Positions 27,325 through 36,223 of a stretch of DNA of 58,566 nt are shown in pieces. Origin of the DNA: a virus (lineage: Duplodnaviria > Caudoviricetes); the IMG/VR virus record IMGVR_UViG_3300044648_000159, positions 1 through 58,566 of that record. One strand, written 5' to 3'. Under the pieces are notes generated by a model. That model ran no database searches, had not been told where the DNA came from, and worked only from the letters and a program-made list of their open reading frames with translations. The first letter of the stretch is position 1; every line of letters starts with the position of its first letter. The position numbers and the translations under genes are program-made.

Positions 27325-29552
27325 CAGTTATTACGCCTGCTGGCCATGGCCATCCCACGAGATGCCGCGGCCGCGATCTGCTGCTCGGTGCTTCGACTGA
27401 CGCGCTCACCAGTTTCGGCGCGAACGCTGAAGGTCTGATTCACGACCATGCCACCACCCATGTTCGGCATCTTAGACAGCGGGATGATGTCGCCGCCCAC
27501 TCGAGGACGAAAAAATTCCGGCTCTCGCTCGTTGACGCGGTAGTTCATGCCAGCAAGCACGGGACCGCCAATCGCCCGGGCACCTCCGTAACCCAGTGCC
27601 CCTGCAGCCATGCCGATCCATCCGCCTCCGGTACCGCCGCCAGCTGCGCCGAAGAGTCGTTTTGCAATGTCAGCAGCCACAGCTTGAGCAATAAGCTTCT
27701 TGATCATCTCACCGAAAGATTTCACCACCCCATCCAAACCCTCATCGAATCCAGACACAAGCGTGTCCGCAATGATGTCCTGCGTATTACGCGCCGCCTG
27801 CTCCTGAAAGATTGTTAGAGTATCGAGACCATCAAGGAACCGTTTCTCGAAGTCCTTCTCGAAGGACTCAATTCCCTGGTCCAGGCTTTCGCTATTCTGG
27901 CTCGCGAATTCGGATACCGCCTCGGCCGCACCATTAGCAGCCTCGGTCATTATCTCCAGTTGTAACGTCAGGTCGAGCAACCTCTCCTTCAGCATCTCGC
28001 CGTTCTCGCCTGCCTGCGTAAATGCCACGGCCAGATCGCCGTGCGCCACTCGATAGGCAAGGGTTGCCGTCTCGCCCATCTCGAATGTCGCAATCTGCTG
28101 CTCCAGCGATTGCGTCATTTTCTGCACTTCTTCGACCGCCTTCTGCTGCTCCTCTGCTGCCTTCTTCTGCTCCTCCACGAATTTCTTTTGAGCTTCGGCA
28201 GATTTCACAACTGTGTCATAGCGGCGAGCCAGTGCCAGAATCTGTTCCTGTTCCGACTTGCTTAGCTCATCTAATGCACCTGACTGAATCTGATAGCTGA
28301 TCTCCGCGGCCTTACCGACCTTGCCATAAAGCGCGATTTGCTCATTGAGTTTGTCAGAGAGCTTTACGAACTCTTCGGATGGGGGAAGAGGAGCTGGAGG
28401 TCCACTGCTAGATGACGGCTTCGGAGCCTTGGCATCCTCGATCTTCTTTGTGAGTGCCGCGATCTCGGCATCTAGCTCTTCATCGCTATACCACTTGACG
28501 ATTCCATCCTTACCAAAGAACACGAGCTTCTTATTTGCTCTGAGGCGCATCGCACGCGCTAACGCCGCCTCTAGTTCCGCGATATCCGCATCACTTGGTT
28601 CTTGCAACCTGACCTTCAGATCAACCGGGAGTTCATCTCCAAACAACTTGTTGTCTATCAAAGATCCAACGTTCGAGAACACTTGAACAAAGTTCCCGGC
28701 CGCCGCCAGTAGCTTTAACGCTGCTCCGCCGGCCGCCAATAACCCACCGGTCAACCCGTCCAACCCGCTTTTCAGCCCTGGATTCTGCAGCGATTCCTCA
28801 AGCTCATGAAGGGCCGATATCGCACCTGGCAGCCCGCTTTTTTGCTCCAACAAATCTCCGAAAGCGTTCTTTACTCCCTCAAGTGCTCCGCCGAACGTAT
28901 TTCTTGCGGCTTGTGCAGCTCCTCCGAAACGTGCCTCCAACTGTTCTAACAGCAGGCCCTGTGCTTTGGACATCTGCCCAGTTTCGGCGAGCTGCTTAAT
29001 GAGTTTCTTCTGGTCGTCAGCAAGTACAACACCAGCCCGAGATAGCCGCTTCATTCCAGCGACCGGGTCAGCAAGCGCGCGGCCGACAAGCATGGCCGCT
29101 GAATTGAGGTCCTGACCGAGGGCAGTAGATAGATCAAGAATTGCAGACTGGGCTCGCTTGAACTCCGTTCCGCCAATCTCTTTGAATGTGAGCAGAAGCG
29201 ACTGCATCCCCATGATCGCTTCATCGTCGAACGTAGACAGCTTCTGGAGTTCCGAAGCCATGTTCGCTAGTTCTGATGTCGTTAGACCAGCAGCGCCGGC
29301 GTTGTTCTTTACGGCGACCTCCAGCGCCGCCATCGCTTTTTCTGCCTGCGCGGTAGCATCAACGATGGCAGCAAATGAAATTCCAAGTCCAAGACCGCCA
29401 AGAGCGCGACTTATCTTGGAACCCATCGACTGAAATGATTTCTCTATCTCCTTTGCGCGCCGATCCGCAAGACGCGCGTTGCGCCCCAAGTCCGTCTCGA
29501 ACTTGCCAGAGCGCAGCAGAAGATCAATAAAGAGACTACCGAGACCGGCCAT
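27324..29552 (-). CDS. Tape measure protein
   Basis: 742 aa helical Ala-rich; C-terminal RAIGGPV..G..Y.VNE..PE.F.P. Confidence 0.93.
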   Translation of the reverse strand: MAGLGSLFIDLLLRSGKFETDLGRNARLADRRAKEIEKSFQSMGSKISRALGGLGLGISFAAIVDATAQAEKAMAALEVAVKNNAGAAGLTTSELANMASELQKLSTFDDEAIMGMQSLLLTFKEIGGTEFKRAQSAILDLSTALGQDLNSAAMLVGRALADPVAGMKRLSRAGVVLADDQKKLIKQLAETGQMSKAQGLLLEQLEARFGGAAQAARNTFGGALEGVKNAFGDLLEQKSGLPGAISALHELEESLQNPGLKSGLDGLTGGLLAAGGAALKLLAAAGNFVQVFSNVGSLIDNKLFGDELPVDLKVRLQEPSDADIAELEAALARAMRLRANKKLVFFGKDGIVKWYSDEELDAEIAALTKKIEDAKAPKPSSSSGPPAPLPPSEEFVKLSDKLNEQIALYGKVGKAAEISYQIQSGALDELSKSEQEQILALARRYDTVVKSAEAQKKFVEEQKKAAEEQQKAVEEVQKMTQSLEQQIATFEMGETATLAYRVAHGDLAVAFTQAGENGEMLKERLLDLTLQLEIMTEAANGAAEAVSEFASQNSESLDQGIESFEKDFEKRFLDGLDTLTIFQEQAARNTQDIIADTLVSGFDEGLDGVVKSFGEMIKKLIAQAVAADIAKRLFGAAGGGTGGGWIGMAAGALGYGGARAIGGPVLAGMNYRVNEREPEFFRPRVGGDIIPLSKMPNMGGGMVVNQTFSVRAETGERVSRSTEQQIAAAASRGMAMASRRNN

Positions 29553-29844
29553 TCTTCACCATGCCAAAGGCTTTGACGACGTCATCTAGGTTTAGACCTT
29601 TCGGCTTCGGCTTGTACGGCAGGAAATCTTCCATGTTCCCAGTACCTCCCAACGCCTTAGCCACGATTGAGCACAACTGCGCAGATCCCCTGTCGTAGAG
29701 ACGAATGGGGTCGAGCCTGCCATTCCTCTCGAAATACTCGATCCAGTCGATCCACTCTTTGTGAGTAAACGTTCGTTTGCATTCGCGTACCGGTCGCCCA
29801 ATTGCGCACGCGATCTCGTGCCAAAGATCGACGACCGTTAGACG
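29536..29844 (-). CDS. Tail assembly chaperone extension (gpT-like), reached by -1 frameshift
   Basis: Open frame RLTVVDLWHEIACAIGRPVRECKRTFTHKEWIDW...DFLP... with no early ATG, directly after the slippery site. Confidence 0.75.
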   Translation of the reverse strand, partial: RLTVVDLWHEIACAIGRPVRECKRTFTHKEWIDWIEYFERNGRLDPIRLYDRGSAQLCSIVAKALGGTGNMEDFLPYKPKPKGLNLDDVVKAFGMVKNGRSR

Positions 29845-30212
29845 TTTCCCGCGCTATCTCCCTGCGAGGCCGCATCAGCCTCTGGAGACGCTTCATCTGA
29901 AGCCTTTTGCAAGTCAATCCCTTGAGCCTTCATCGCTGCGTTTGTCAGCACAGTGGCAGGTTCTTTCGGGAGCCTCTTCCATGTCTCAAGTGTGAACACT
30001 CGACTACCGGCCTTGTCCTCAATCGCAGCCACTGCAGTGTCGTGCAAGACCTTCAGTCCACGACGATCGCTGTCGTCGCTGTCCGGGTACGCTTGTGCCG
30101 CTTCCCGGTTGAGTTCCTGGAACTCGTAGTACCCAAGTTCCCGGATGTAGTAAGTGACTTCCTTACCCTTGTGCTTCACCGTCACTGCATGACGTTCAGT
30201 ATCGAAGTCCAT
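29838..30212 (-). CDS. Tail assembly chaperone (gpG-like)
   Basis: Between tail tube and TMP; ends G-GGA-AAC-GTC-TAA. Confidence 0.8.
   Translation of the reverse strand: MDFDTERHAVTVKHKGKEVTYYIRELGYYEFQELNREAAQAYPDSDDSDRRGLKVLHDTAVAAIEDKAGSRVFTLETWKRLPKEPATVLTNAAMKAQGIDLQKASDEASPEADAASQGDSAGNV
29844..29850 (-). other. -1 ribosomal frameshift heptamer GGGAAAC
   Basis: X XXY YYZ pattern in the correct phase just before the chaperone stop. Confidence 0.8.
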
Positions 30213-30213
30213 A

Positions 30214-30696
30214 TCAGCTTTCCGTCCGCGGGAAGATTTCCGGGAAGTCGGAGACTTGAATGCTGATGTTTGACGTCACCACCGTGTTGAGCGCGAAATC
30301 AAACGGCACGTCGGATACGAAACCGTTGAAGAGAATCCACGAGCGCGTTTCTGGAAGGTCGAAAACATCATCAGACCCTAGCGTCGGAGCGGTAGTGCCA
30401 TCCGACCAGCCGATCGCCCAATCAACCTTATCTCCGGAACGGAACAATTGATGGACCGCGAGATGCGTTGCATCCTCCGGATCAAAGTTCACGGTGAATG
30501 TCGCCGTGCCTGGCGTTGGCATGCCGGCTTCGTACGTACGCGCCAGCGATTCCAAGCACGTCGTCTCGATCTGATCGCGCGAAGCGCTCACACCAGTGAG
30601 ATTCGTCACGCACCCGATCCGCAGTAGTTCTGCAGGGTTCGACTCATCGGCCGGCACGATGACATACAGCATCGTGCCCTGTGTTCGCTTCGCCAC
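30214..30696 (-). CDS. Tail tube protein
   Basis: TQGTMLY, DQIETTCLE, GWSDGTTAPT, FPFDF-like VPFDFALNTVV. Confidence 0.9.
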   Translation of the reverse strand: MAKRTQGTMLYVIVPADESNPAELLRIGCVTNLTGVSASRDQIETTCLESLARTYEAGMPTPGTATFTVNFDPEDATHLAVHQLFRSGDKVDWAIGWSDGTTAPTLGSDDVFDLPETRSWILFNGFVSDVPFDFALNTVVTSNISIQVSDFPEIFPRTES

Positions 30697-30715
30697 GTTT
30701 CAGTCTCCCAAAATG

Positions 30716-30764
30716 AAAAAACCCGCACGTGGCGGGCACAAAAAAGCCCGCTCAAGACGGGCTT
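30716..30764 (-). terminator. Two tandem intrinsic terminators
   Basis: GCCCG/CGGGC and CCCGC/GCGGG stems, each followed by a T run on the minus strand. Confidence 0.65.
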
Positions 30765-30792
30765 CTCAACAGGTTACAAACTCAACTTGAAA

Positions 30793-31269
30793 TCATCTGC
30801 GACGCGCTTTCTTCACTGCGCGATCGATGGCCTTTCTCGACTCCGAAATAAATACGCTCAGCGCTTCGGACGATTTCTCCGGCACCACCGGGCGCAGCCA
30901 AGGCTTTGCAGGAACTTGCTCATTACCAAACTCAAGCATTCCGCCGTATGCATGCACCGAAGCTCCATTCGGCGCACGATCCTTTCGCCTTAGCCTCACC
31001 AGAACGCGCTCGTTTGCGCCGGATCTCTGGGGGTTCGGATCTCTGCTGACAATCACAGCCTTCTTTAGCGTGCCGGTAGACACACTCGGACGGCCGTCTT
31101 TGTTAGGTTCCGCGACGATGCGATCGATGTTCGCCTTGGCGGCCCGCTGAAAAACTTGTCCAGCCTTTCTAAGTCCGACTCGGACTGGACCACCCTTGAC
31201 GCTCACGATCTCTCGCGGGAGCGCCTCAAGTGTCCTTAGGAGTTCGCCGAGACCTTCAACTTCCGCCAT
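30793..31269 (-). CDS. HK97 gp10-like tail completion protein
   Basis: VEGLGELL..L, TGTLKKAV, LEFG...PAKPWLRP. Confidence 0.88.
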   Translation of the reverse strand: MAEVEGLGELLRTLEALPREIVSVKGGPVRVGLRKAGQVFQRAAKANIDRIVAEPNKDGRPSVSTGTLKKAVIVSRDPNPQRSGANERVLVRLRRKDRAPNGASVHAYGGMLEFGNEQVPAKPWLRPVVPEKSSEALSVFISESRKAIDRAVKKARRR

Positions 31270-31348
31270 CGTTGTTCCAGTCGTTCCAGGCGCTCACGAA
31301 GCTTCTGTGGCATGAACCGACGGGCTGCCGCGCATGGCTTGCATGACG

Positions 31349-31873
31349 TCACAGCACGTCGAACAGGCTTGCGGTCTTGAAGCAAGTCAGTGCGCTCCCC
31401 GGAGAACAATTGATTACTTCCGCGTCAGACTTCCAGCGCTGGAACTGCCGCAGCATGCGATGAAAATCAGCGGGAGTTGAGTTCTTCAGTCCCGCTGGGT
31501 GCTTGCCGAAGTAGTGCGTACCGCGCATATCGAGGCCGAGCAGAATGATGCGTGTCGCACCCAACATCAGAGCTACGCGCATTCCCTGTAACCCACTGTT
31601 TGATCCAGTGGGGAACATTGGCTCGGGCTTAAGCCTCTCAGTTCCCCTGTGTTCGCCTCCGCAAAACTTGCGCCCGCCAAACTTCAGTGCGTCGGGGTGC
31701 TGCTTCCACCATTTGATGTCATTGCTCACCATCGCATTCGCCCAAGGCGCGAGCTGGTAGGCATTCGAGACCGCAACGGCTTTGCAGCGCTGCTCGTCGT
31801 GCGCCTGCCTTACGTGCTCGATCTGCTCGGGCGATAAGCTTTGTCCCGTGGCAAGCACCACGCATGTCGTCAT
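31349..31873 (-). CDS. MptE/Maf-like (sialyltransferase-like fold) putative transferase, paralogue 2
   Basis: VVLATGQS, GSNSGLQG..VA..LGA.RI.LLG.DM..THYFG.HP, VINC.PGSAL. Confidence 0.65.
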   Translation of the reverse strand: MTTCVVLATGQSLSPEQIEHVRQAHDEQRCKAVAVSNAYQLAPWANAMVSNDIKWWKQHPDALKFGGRKFCGGEHRGTERLKPEPMFPTGSNSGLQGMRVALMLGATRIILLGLDMRGTHYFGKHPAGLKNSTPADFHRMLRQFQRWKSDAEVINCSPGSALTCFKTASLFDVL

Positions 31874-32238
31874 CGATCTGTGAAGAACTCGAAATCGAGC
31901 ATGTAGCCGTAATTTCGGGTCGTCGGATCACGAGGGCGCTGGATGGCGTTGACCATATGAGCGTGCGGCTCGATTGCATTTCGAATGGCGACCGCAGCCG
32001 CATCGGTAGTTGCCTGGGTAGCGCCGTACACGTCGATCTGCACGCGAGAATCGTCCAGATCCGGAAGCTGACCGAGATAGTTGGCCGGCGTGCTGAACGG
32101 CATTTGCCACACGGCATACACAGGAGGCTTGTCCTGGGGCGCTTCACCGAACGGATAGAAGCGCATGTTCGGCGGCGATCCCAGCGCCGCTCTACAGGGC
32201 GCGGATGCGGCGACGATGGCAAAGACTGCGGGCGTCAT
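31870..32238 (-). CDS. Tail terminator, DUF3168-like
   Basis: RFYPFGEAPQ..PYAVWQ, P.NYL..PD.D..RVQIDVY. Confidence 0.85.
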   Translation of the reverse strand: MTPAVFAIVAASAPCRAALGSPPNMRFYPFGEAPQDKPPVYAVWQMPFSTPANYLGQLPDLDDSRVQIDVYGATQATTDAAAVAIRNAIEPHAHMVNAIQRPRDPTTRNYGYMLDFEFFTDR

Positions 32239-32240
32239 GT

Positions 32241-32960
32241 CTAGTAGTAGTGATCGTGAATCCAGGGCGACGCCTGAAGCGCCGAGTAACACCAAGGATC
32301 CGGCCGGCCATGAAAAATCACGATGCGGGCACCTTTGGGTAACTTGCTCTGGAATTGCTTCACGCAGTGGTCGCGATAAGAGTAGACACCGTGCTTTGGC
32401 CCCCAACCCGCTAGCTTCTTCCGCATGACGTAGTAGAGCCACGATTGATCGGAGCCCTTCATCTTGCCGTCTTGAGTCGCGAGGCGCGGCGATTTCACCG
32501 GATCGAAGGTGTCCCATATGTCGGTGTGGGCGCCCGCGGTAGCCATCACCATTGACGCGCAGTGCGTGATTGCCGGATTCCCGGTCTCCCACATCAGGAA
32601 GGGTTCTTCGCGGTGGAAAATCGGCGTCAGGTCGTCAGTAACCACTACATCCAGATCCATGAGCACCATGCGCGTGCCGCGGCCAATCAGATCGGCAAAC
32701 CAATCGGAATGCACCTTCAGCCGTCGATAGCAACTCGGGCCGGCGGGCCATGAAGGATTCGGGATGGCGGCGTGGTCGTCCCACAGCGGAATGTGCTCGA
32801 CCTCAGGATCCAGCCCAGTCGCATCGTCCGTCACGCAGATGAAGCGGAACGGATGCGGATAGTGGCGCGCCACCATGCGCCGGAGCGTGTTTACATGGAC
32901 CGGTAAGAACGTGCTGCGGTAGCCAGGCTTTGACCACTTAAACGCGATAACAGCAATCAT
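32241..32960 (-). CDS. GT-A fold glycosyltransferase-like protein
   Basis: FICVTDD, MDLDVVV (DxD), GSDQSW, IVIFHGRPDPW. Confidence 0.8.
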   Translation of the reverse strand: MIAVIAFKWSKPGYRSTFLPVHVNTLRRMVARHYPHPFRFICVTDDATGLDPEVEHIPLWDDHAAIPNPSWPAGPSCYRRLKVHSDWFADLIGRGTRMVLMDLDVVVTDDLTPIFHREEPFLMWETGNPAITHCASMVMATAGAHTDIWDTFDPVKSPRLATQDGKMKGSDQSWLYYVMRKKLAGWGPKHGVYSYRDHCVKQFQSKLPKGARIVIFHGRPDPWCYSALQASPWIHDHYY

Positions 32961-33601
32961 TGCATCAACTGCCGCACGCGCATCGTCTCTAGCAGGTGCA
33001 CTCCGTACCCCATCAGGCGCGCAGCCATCGCCCTATCCGCGACTTCGTATGAAACCCATAGGAAGCCGGGCCACACCTGCCCCGTAACGTGCTTCTGGTC
33101 AATGAACACGTACTCGGGCTTGTGTACATCGCAGGCCGCCTGACTTTTCGGGCCTAAGTCGGGAAGGACGAAGCCAATCCGATAACCCTTGACCCGAGCA
33201 AGTAGCGCCGCATCGTGATCGAATGAGACGATCACGCACCGATCCGGGGGGCACACCTCGCACACCCGATCCACGACCGTTCGTGCGCCGAACTTGGTCA
33301 CGCCGTCGCGCTTGATCTCTATGAATGCGGTCGCCTCTCCCAACGCCGCAATGCCTTCCGACAAGGTCTCGACACCGAGAAACTTCAATCCTTCGGCGCT
33401 CGTATCGAACGAATCACGGTCTTTGCCGAACAACCTGAGCAAACAAGCGTCGTGCATCAGGACGGGCACTTGGTCGCTGGACATTTGGACGTCTAATTCG
33501 ACAAACCGAGCACCGAGTTCAACGGCAGAGCGTATTGCGGCGACTGAGTTTTCCCGGTGCTCAAGCGCATTGCCGCGGTGAGCGACGATGCGGTCTCTCA
33601 T
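32957..33601 (-). CDS. Glycerophosphodiester phosphodiesterase family protein
   Basis: IVAHRG..ENS..VELDVQMSSD.VPVLMHD..L.R. Confidence 0.88.
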   Translation of the reverse strand: MRDRIVAHRGNALEHRENSVAAIRSAVELGARFVELDVQMSSDQVPVLMHDACLLRLFGKDRDSFDTSAEGLKFLGVETLSEGIAALGEATAFIEIKRDGVTKFGARTVVDRVCEVCPPDRCVIVSFDHDAALLARVKGYRIGFVLPDLGPKSQAACDVHKPEYVFIDQKHVTGQVWPGFLWVSYEVADRAMAARLMGYGVHLLETMRVRQLMQ

Positions 33602-33801
33602 GTGACTATGCCGTTGCCTGCGGCATATGCGCGATCCTGCTCCGTTAGAACCTTCGGGTTGTCGCCGGATGGAGGAACCTGCCCGTAGCCACCACATCGT
33701 GGACAGATGTGATTGTTCACTCGCATGACAAGCCCGCTTCTATTATCCCCTGTACCGGCGCATAGCCGACACCGACAAGATGTATCTGTCAAACTCAGCA
33801 T
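33598..33801 (-). CDS. DnaJ-like zinc-finger small protein
   Basis: CRLCAGTG...CPRCGGYG. Confidence 0.55.
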   Translation of the reverse strand: MLSLTDTSCRCRLCAGTGDNRSGLVMRVNNHICPRCGGYGQVPPSGDNPKVLTEQDRAYAAGNGIVT

Positions 33802-34115
33802 GGATAGAGAACCTCTCGCGCCCGGTGCTCGCACTTGTACACCTCGACACAGTGATCGGGTTCCCAGAAATAGATGTAGTCCGCGAGCGCGCCCAGAAAC
33901 AACCCGGCGGCGCGCTTCCATCCACGTTCGGTCGAGATCCAGCGGCCCAGCAGCCCTGAGATGGTTTCGCGAGGCAATGCCCACGGCAAGAACACAACCG
34001 CACAGAGGGCCATGTTCAGAACGATGTATATGACGAACACTCGCGAAAGAAATCGACGCCACAGCGGACGACGTGCGGCGATTTGGGTTGCTATCGCTAG
34101 TGCTTCTTCTGCCAC
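33795..34115 (-). CDS. Membrane protein
   Basis: TM segment, RETISG..GR, WEPDHC. Confidence 0.6.
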   Translation of the reverse strand: MAEEALAIATQIAARRPLWRRFLSRVFVIYIVLNMALCAVVFLPWALPRETISGLLGRWISTERGWKRAAGLFLGALADYIYFWEPDHCVEVYKCEHRAREVLYPC

Positions 34116-34990
34116 GTTCCAGCCTCGAGTTCGTCCAACATCACATCCCAAATCTGATTCCACGTCTTCCCAGATCCGAAAAACGGGGCAGCGCCACACG
34201 CTCCGGGCGATGGCCAGGGAAAAGCCAAACTGGATTCGATAAATCGCCACTGGTCGCCGTCCTGCAAGACGTCGATTGCACACCAACGTGTGTCGATTGC
34301 AGCAAACACCTGATCGGCATACGCGAGCAGCGACTGAACCTGCGGCGTCACCGTCATGACCGGCCCGACGTTTCCGGTCTGCGCGACTGGTTTATCTGGG
34401 TAGCAATACCGCATGAATGCCGCTCGCTTCGTTCCAACTGCATTCACACGCCACGTCACCGTGTGCGGAATGAACTGCTGCAGAAGTGCGTAGCCTTTCT
34501 GCACCGATCGTGCATTCCCGGCGCAGTGATGCACTGGAACGCCCGCAGCGAACAGCGACGCCACGTGCGCAATCGCCTCGTGCTTGTTCTTCAGGATGCG
34601 AACGTTGACAGAGCTGGCGCCTACATCCGCCTTGCTGACCAGCGGATAGGGCGCGGACTGCTCGCAAAACTGCAAAGCCTCGTCGCGATCCGTGAATCGC
34701 CACGTCGGCGGCATCCATTCCGACCAGCGCCGAAACTGTTCGGACTTGGCCTCGTACACCCTGACCTGTGCCTCGTCCTGAACCATCGTCAATCGAGCGG
34801 ACATCAGGTCGTAGTCGCGCTGGTTCCTCTGCAGCGCCTGCGGCTCGGCATGGCACCGAATGAAGCCGACGCCGTCTGTATTCACTTCCTCGCCGCGGAA
34901 GATCCGCCGGGCATCGTACCCGCGGGCCTTTGCCGCTTTGATGAGCGACTCGAACCACACGTGACGCTCGTCAAGAACAAATAACTTCAC
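34097..34990 (-). CDS. ATP-grasp (RimK-like) ligase
   Basis: PPTW, YPLVSKADVGASS.NV, LLQQFIP, AIDVL..F.E. Confidence 0.8.
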   Translation of the reverse strand: MKLFVLDERHVWFESLIKAAKARGYDARRIFRGEEVNTDGVGFIRCHAEPQALQRNQRDYDLMSARLTMVQDEAQVRVYEAKSEQFRRWSEWMPPTWRFTDRDEALQFCEQSAPYPLVSKADVGASSVNVRILKNKHEAIAHVASLFAAGVPVHHCAGNARSVQKGYALLQQFIPHTVTWRVNAVGTKRAAFMRYCYPDKPVAQTGNVGPVMTVTPQVQSLLAYADQVFAAIDTRWCAIDVLQDGDQWRFIESSLAFPWPSPGACGAAPFFGSGKTWNQIWDVMLDELEAGTWQKKH

Positions 34991-35498
34991 GCAACTCGCC
35001 CATTGGAAACCGTTTCAGCGCCGAACCCGGCGTGCAGTTGATGACCTCGCCCTGACGCCAGCCGTCGAACTGCTTTAGAAACGCCGCGAACCTTGCGGGC
35101 GTCGTGTTCTTCAGTGGCTCGGGGTGCGCGCCGAAGTAATGCGTGCCGTGCATGTCGAAGCCGAGCAACAGGATACGGCTCGCGCGAAACACGTCCCGCG
35201 CAACGCGCATGCCTTGCAGGCCGCTGTTCACCCCGGAATTGAACTCGCCGGTCTGCTCCAGGCGCTCCACACCGGGATAAGGCACGCCACAGAATCTGCG
35301 ACCCTGGAACTTCGACGCGTCCGGGTTGTTCAACCACCAGTTGCTGTCGTTGCTCACGATCGCATCGGCCCATGGCGCCAGCTTGTACATGTCCGAGATG
35401 GCCACAGCGCCGCACTTCCCAGCTTCATGCACTTCGCGAACGTATTCCACTTGCTCAGCCGTTACCGACTGACCAGTGGCGAGCACGACGAAGTCCAA
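34971..35498 (-). CDS. MptE/Maf-like putative transferase, paralogue 1
   Basis: VVLATGQS, LAPWADA..SND..WW, NSGLQG, LLGFDM.GTHYFG.HP. Confidence 0.65.
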   Translation of the reverse strand: MDFVVLATGQSVTAEQVEYVREVHEAGKCGAVAISDMYKLAPWADAIVSNDSNWWLNNPDASKFQGRRFCGVPYPGVERLEQTGEFNSGVNSGLQGMRVARDVFRASRILLLGFDMHGTHYFGAHPEPLKNTTPARFAAFLKQFDGWRQGEVINCTPGSALKRFPMGELREVICS

Positions 35499-35852
35499 TC
35501 ACGCTCCGTCGTTCACGCCTTCACTGCACGGGGCAGTGACGTATTCGAGGCCGCTGTCAGGGTCTGCCAGCCATCCGGCAGGGTTGTATATCTTGCCGGT
35601 GCTCGGATGAAGGATGCGCATTTGCGCAGTCAGCCCCTGGCGATGACGGATCGTGATTCGTGCGGTGATCTGGCTCTGCATCTGCTGGCTTGCGATAAAC
35701 TCGCGCACACTCAATGGTTCGATCGCTGCGGCCACATTCGTTGCGAAGTCCTGCCAAACGGTTCGCATCTCGCCCGTCGCAGGATCCTGCGCGTTGTGCT
35801 GCCTTTGAATGCTTATTCGGTGCCGAAGGCGACCAGCTGCTAACGTCGGCAT
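35499..35852 (-). CDS. Head closure protein (SPP1 gp16-like)
   Basis: AGRLRHRISIQ, AAIEPLS.RE, ITIRHR. Confidence 0.9.
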   Translation of the reverse strand: MPTLAAGRLRHRISIQRQHNAQDPATGEMRTVWQDFATNVAAAIEPLSVREFIASQQMQSQITARITIRHRQGLTAQMRILHPSTGKIYNPAGWLADPDSGLEYVTAPCSEGVNDGA

Positions 35853-35854
35853 GA

Positions 35855-36223
35855 CTAAGCCAACGCTGGATCGCGCAACGGGTAGAGGATGGCCGTCACG
35901 GGCATCGGCAGATGCCCCTGATCAAATACCGGCCTGAAGCTACCTTCTCCACCCTCGTCCCGGTTGCGCCACAAGTATCCGACGAGAATCTTCGTGGCCT
36001 GCTGCACCTCCGGCCGGACGACCTCGGTGTAGACGATATCGTCATTGCTATCGACCACCGGATCGCCGGCGCTGTCGATCTCCGCCACATATGGGGATGC
36101 GCTCTTGAGATAGTTCAGCACCATCGCTGAGGCGGCATCGACGACTTCCTGGAGCTCGTCCTCATCGACCTCGTCGCCGCCACGGATCTGCAGCAGCGCT
36201 TGCTCAACGGTGATGAGCGCCAT
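35855..36223 (-). CDS. Head-tail connector (HK97 gp6-like)
   Basis: AAS..VLNYL, VQQAT..LVG.L.RNRD, LYPLRDPALA. Confidence 0.88.
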   Translation of the reverse strand: MALITVEQALLQIRGGDEVDEDELQEVVDAASAMVLNYLKSASPYVAEIDSAGDPVVDSNDDIVYTEVVRPEVQQATKILVGYLWRNRDEGGEGSFRPVFDQGHLPMPVTAILYPLRDPALA

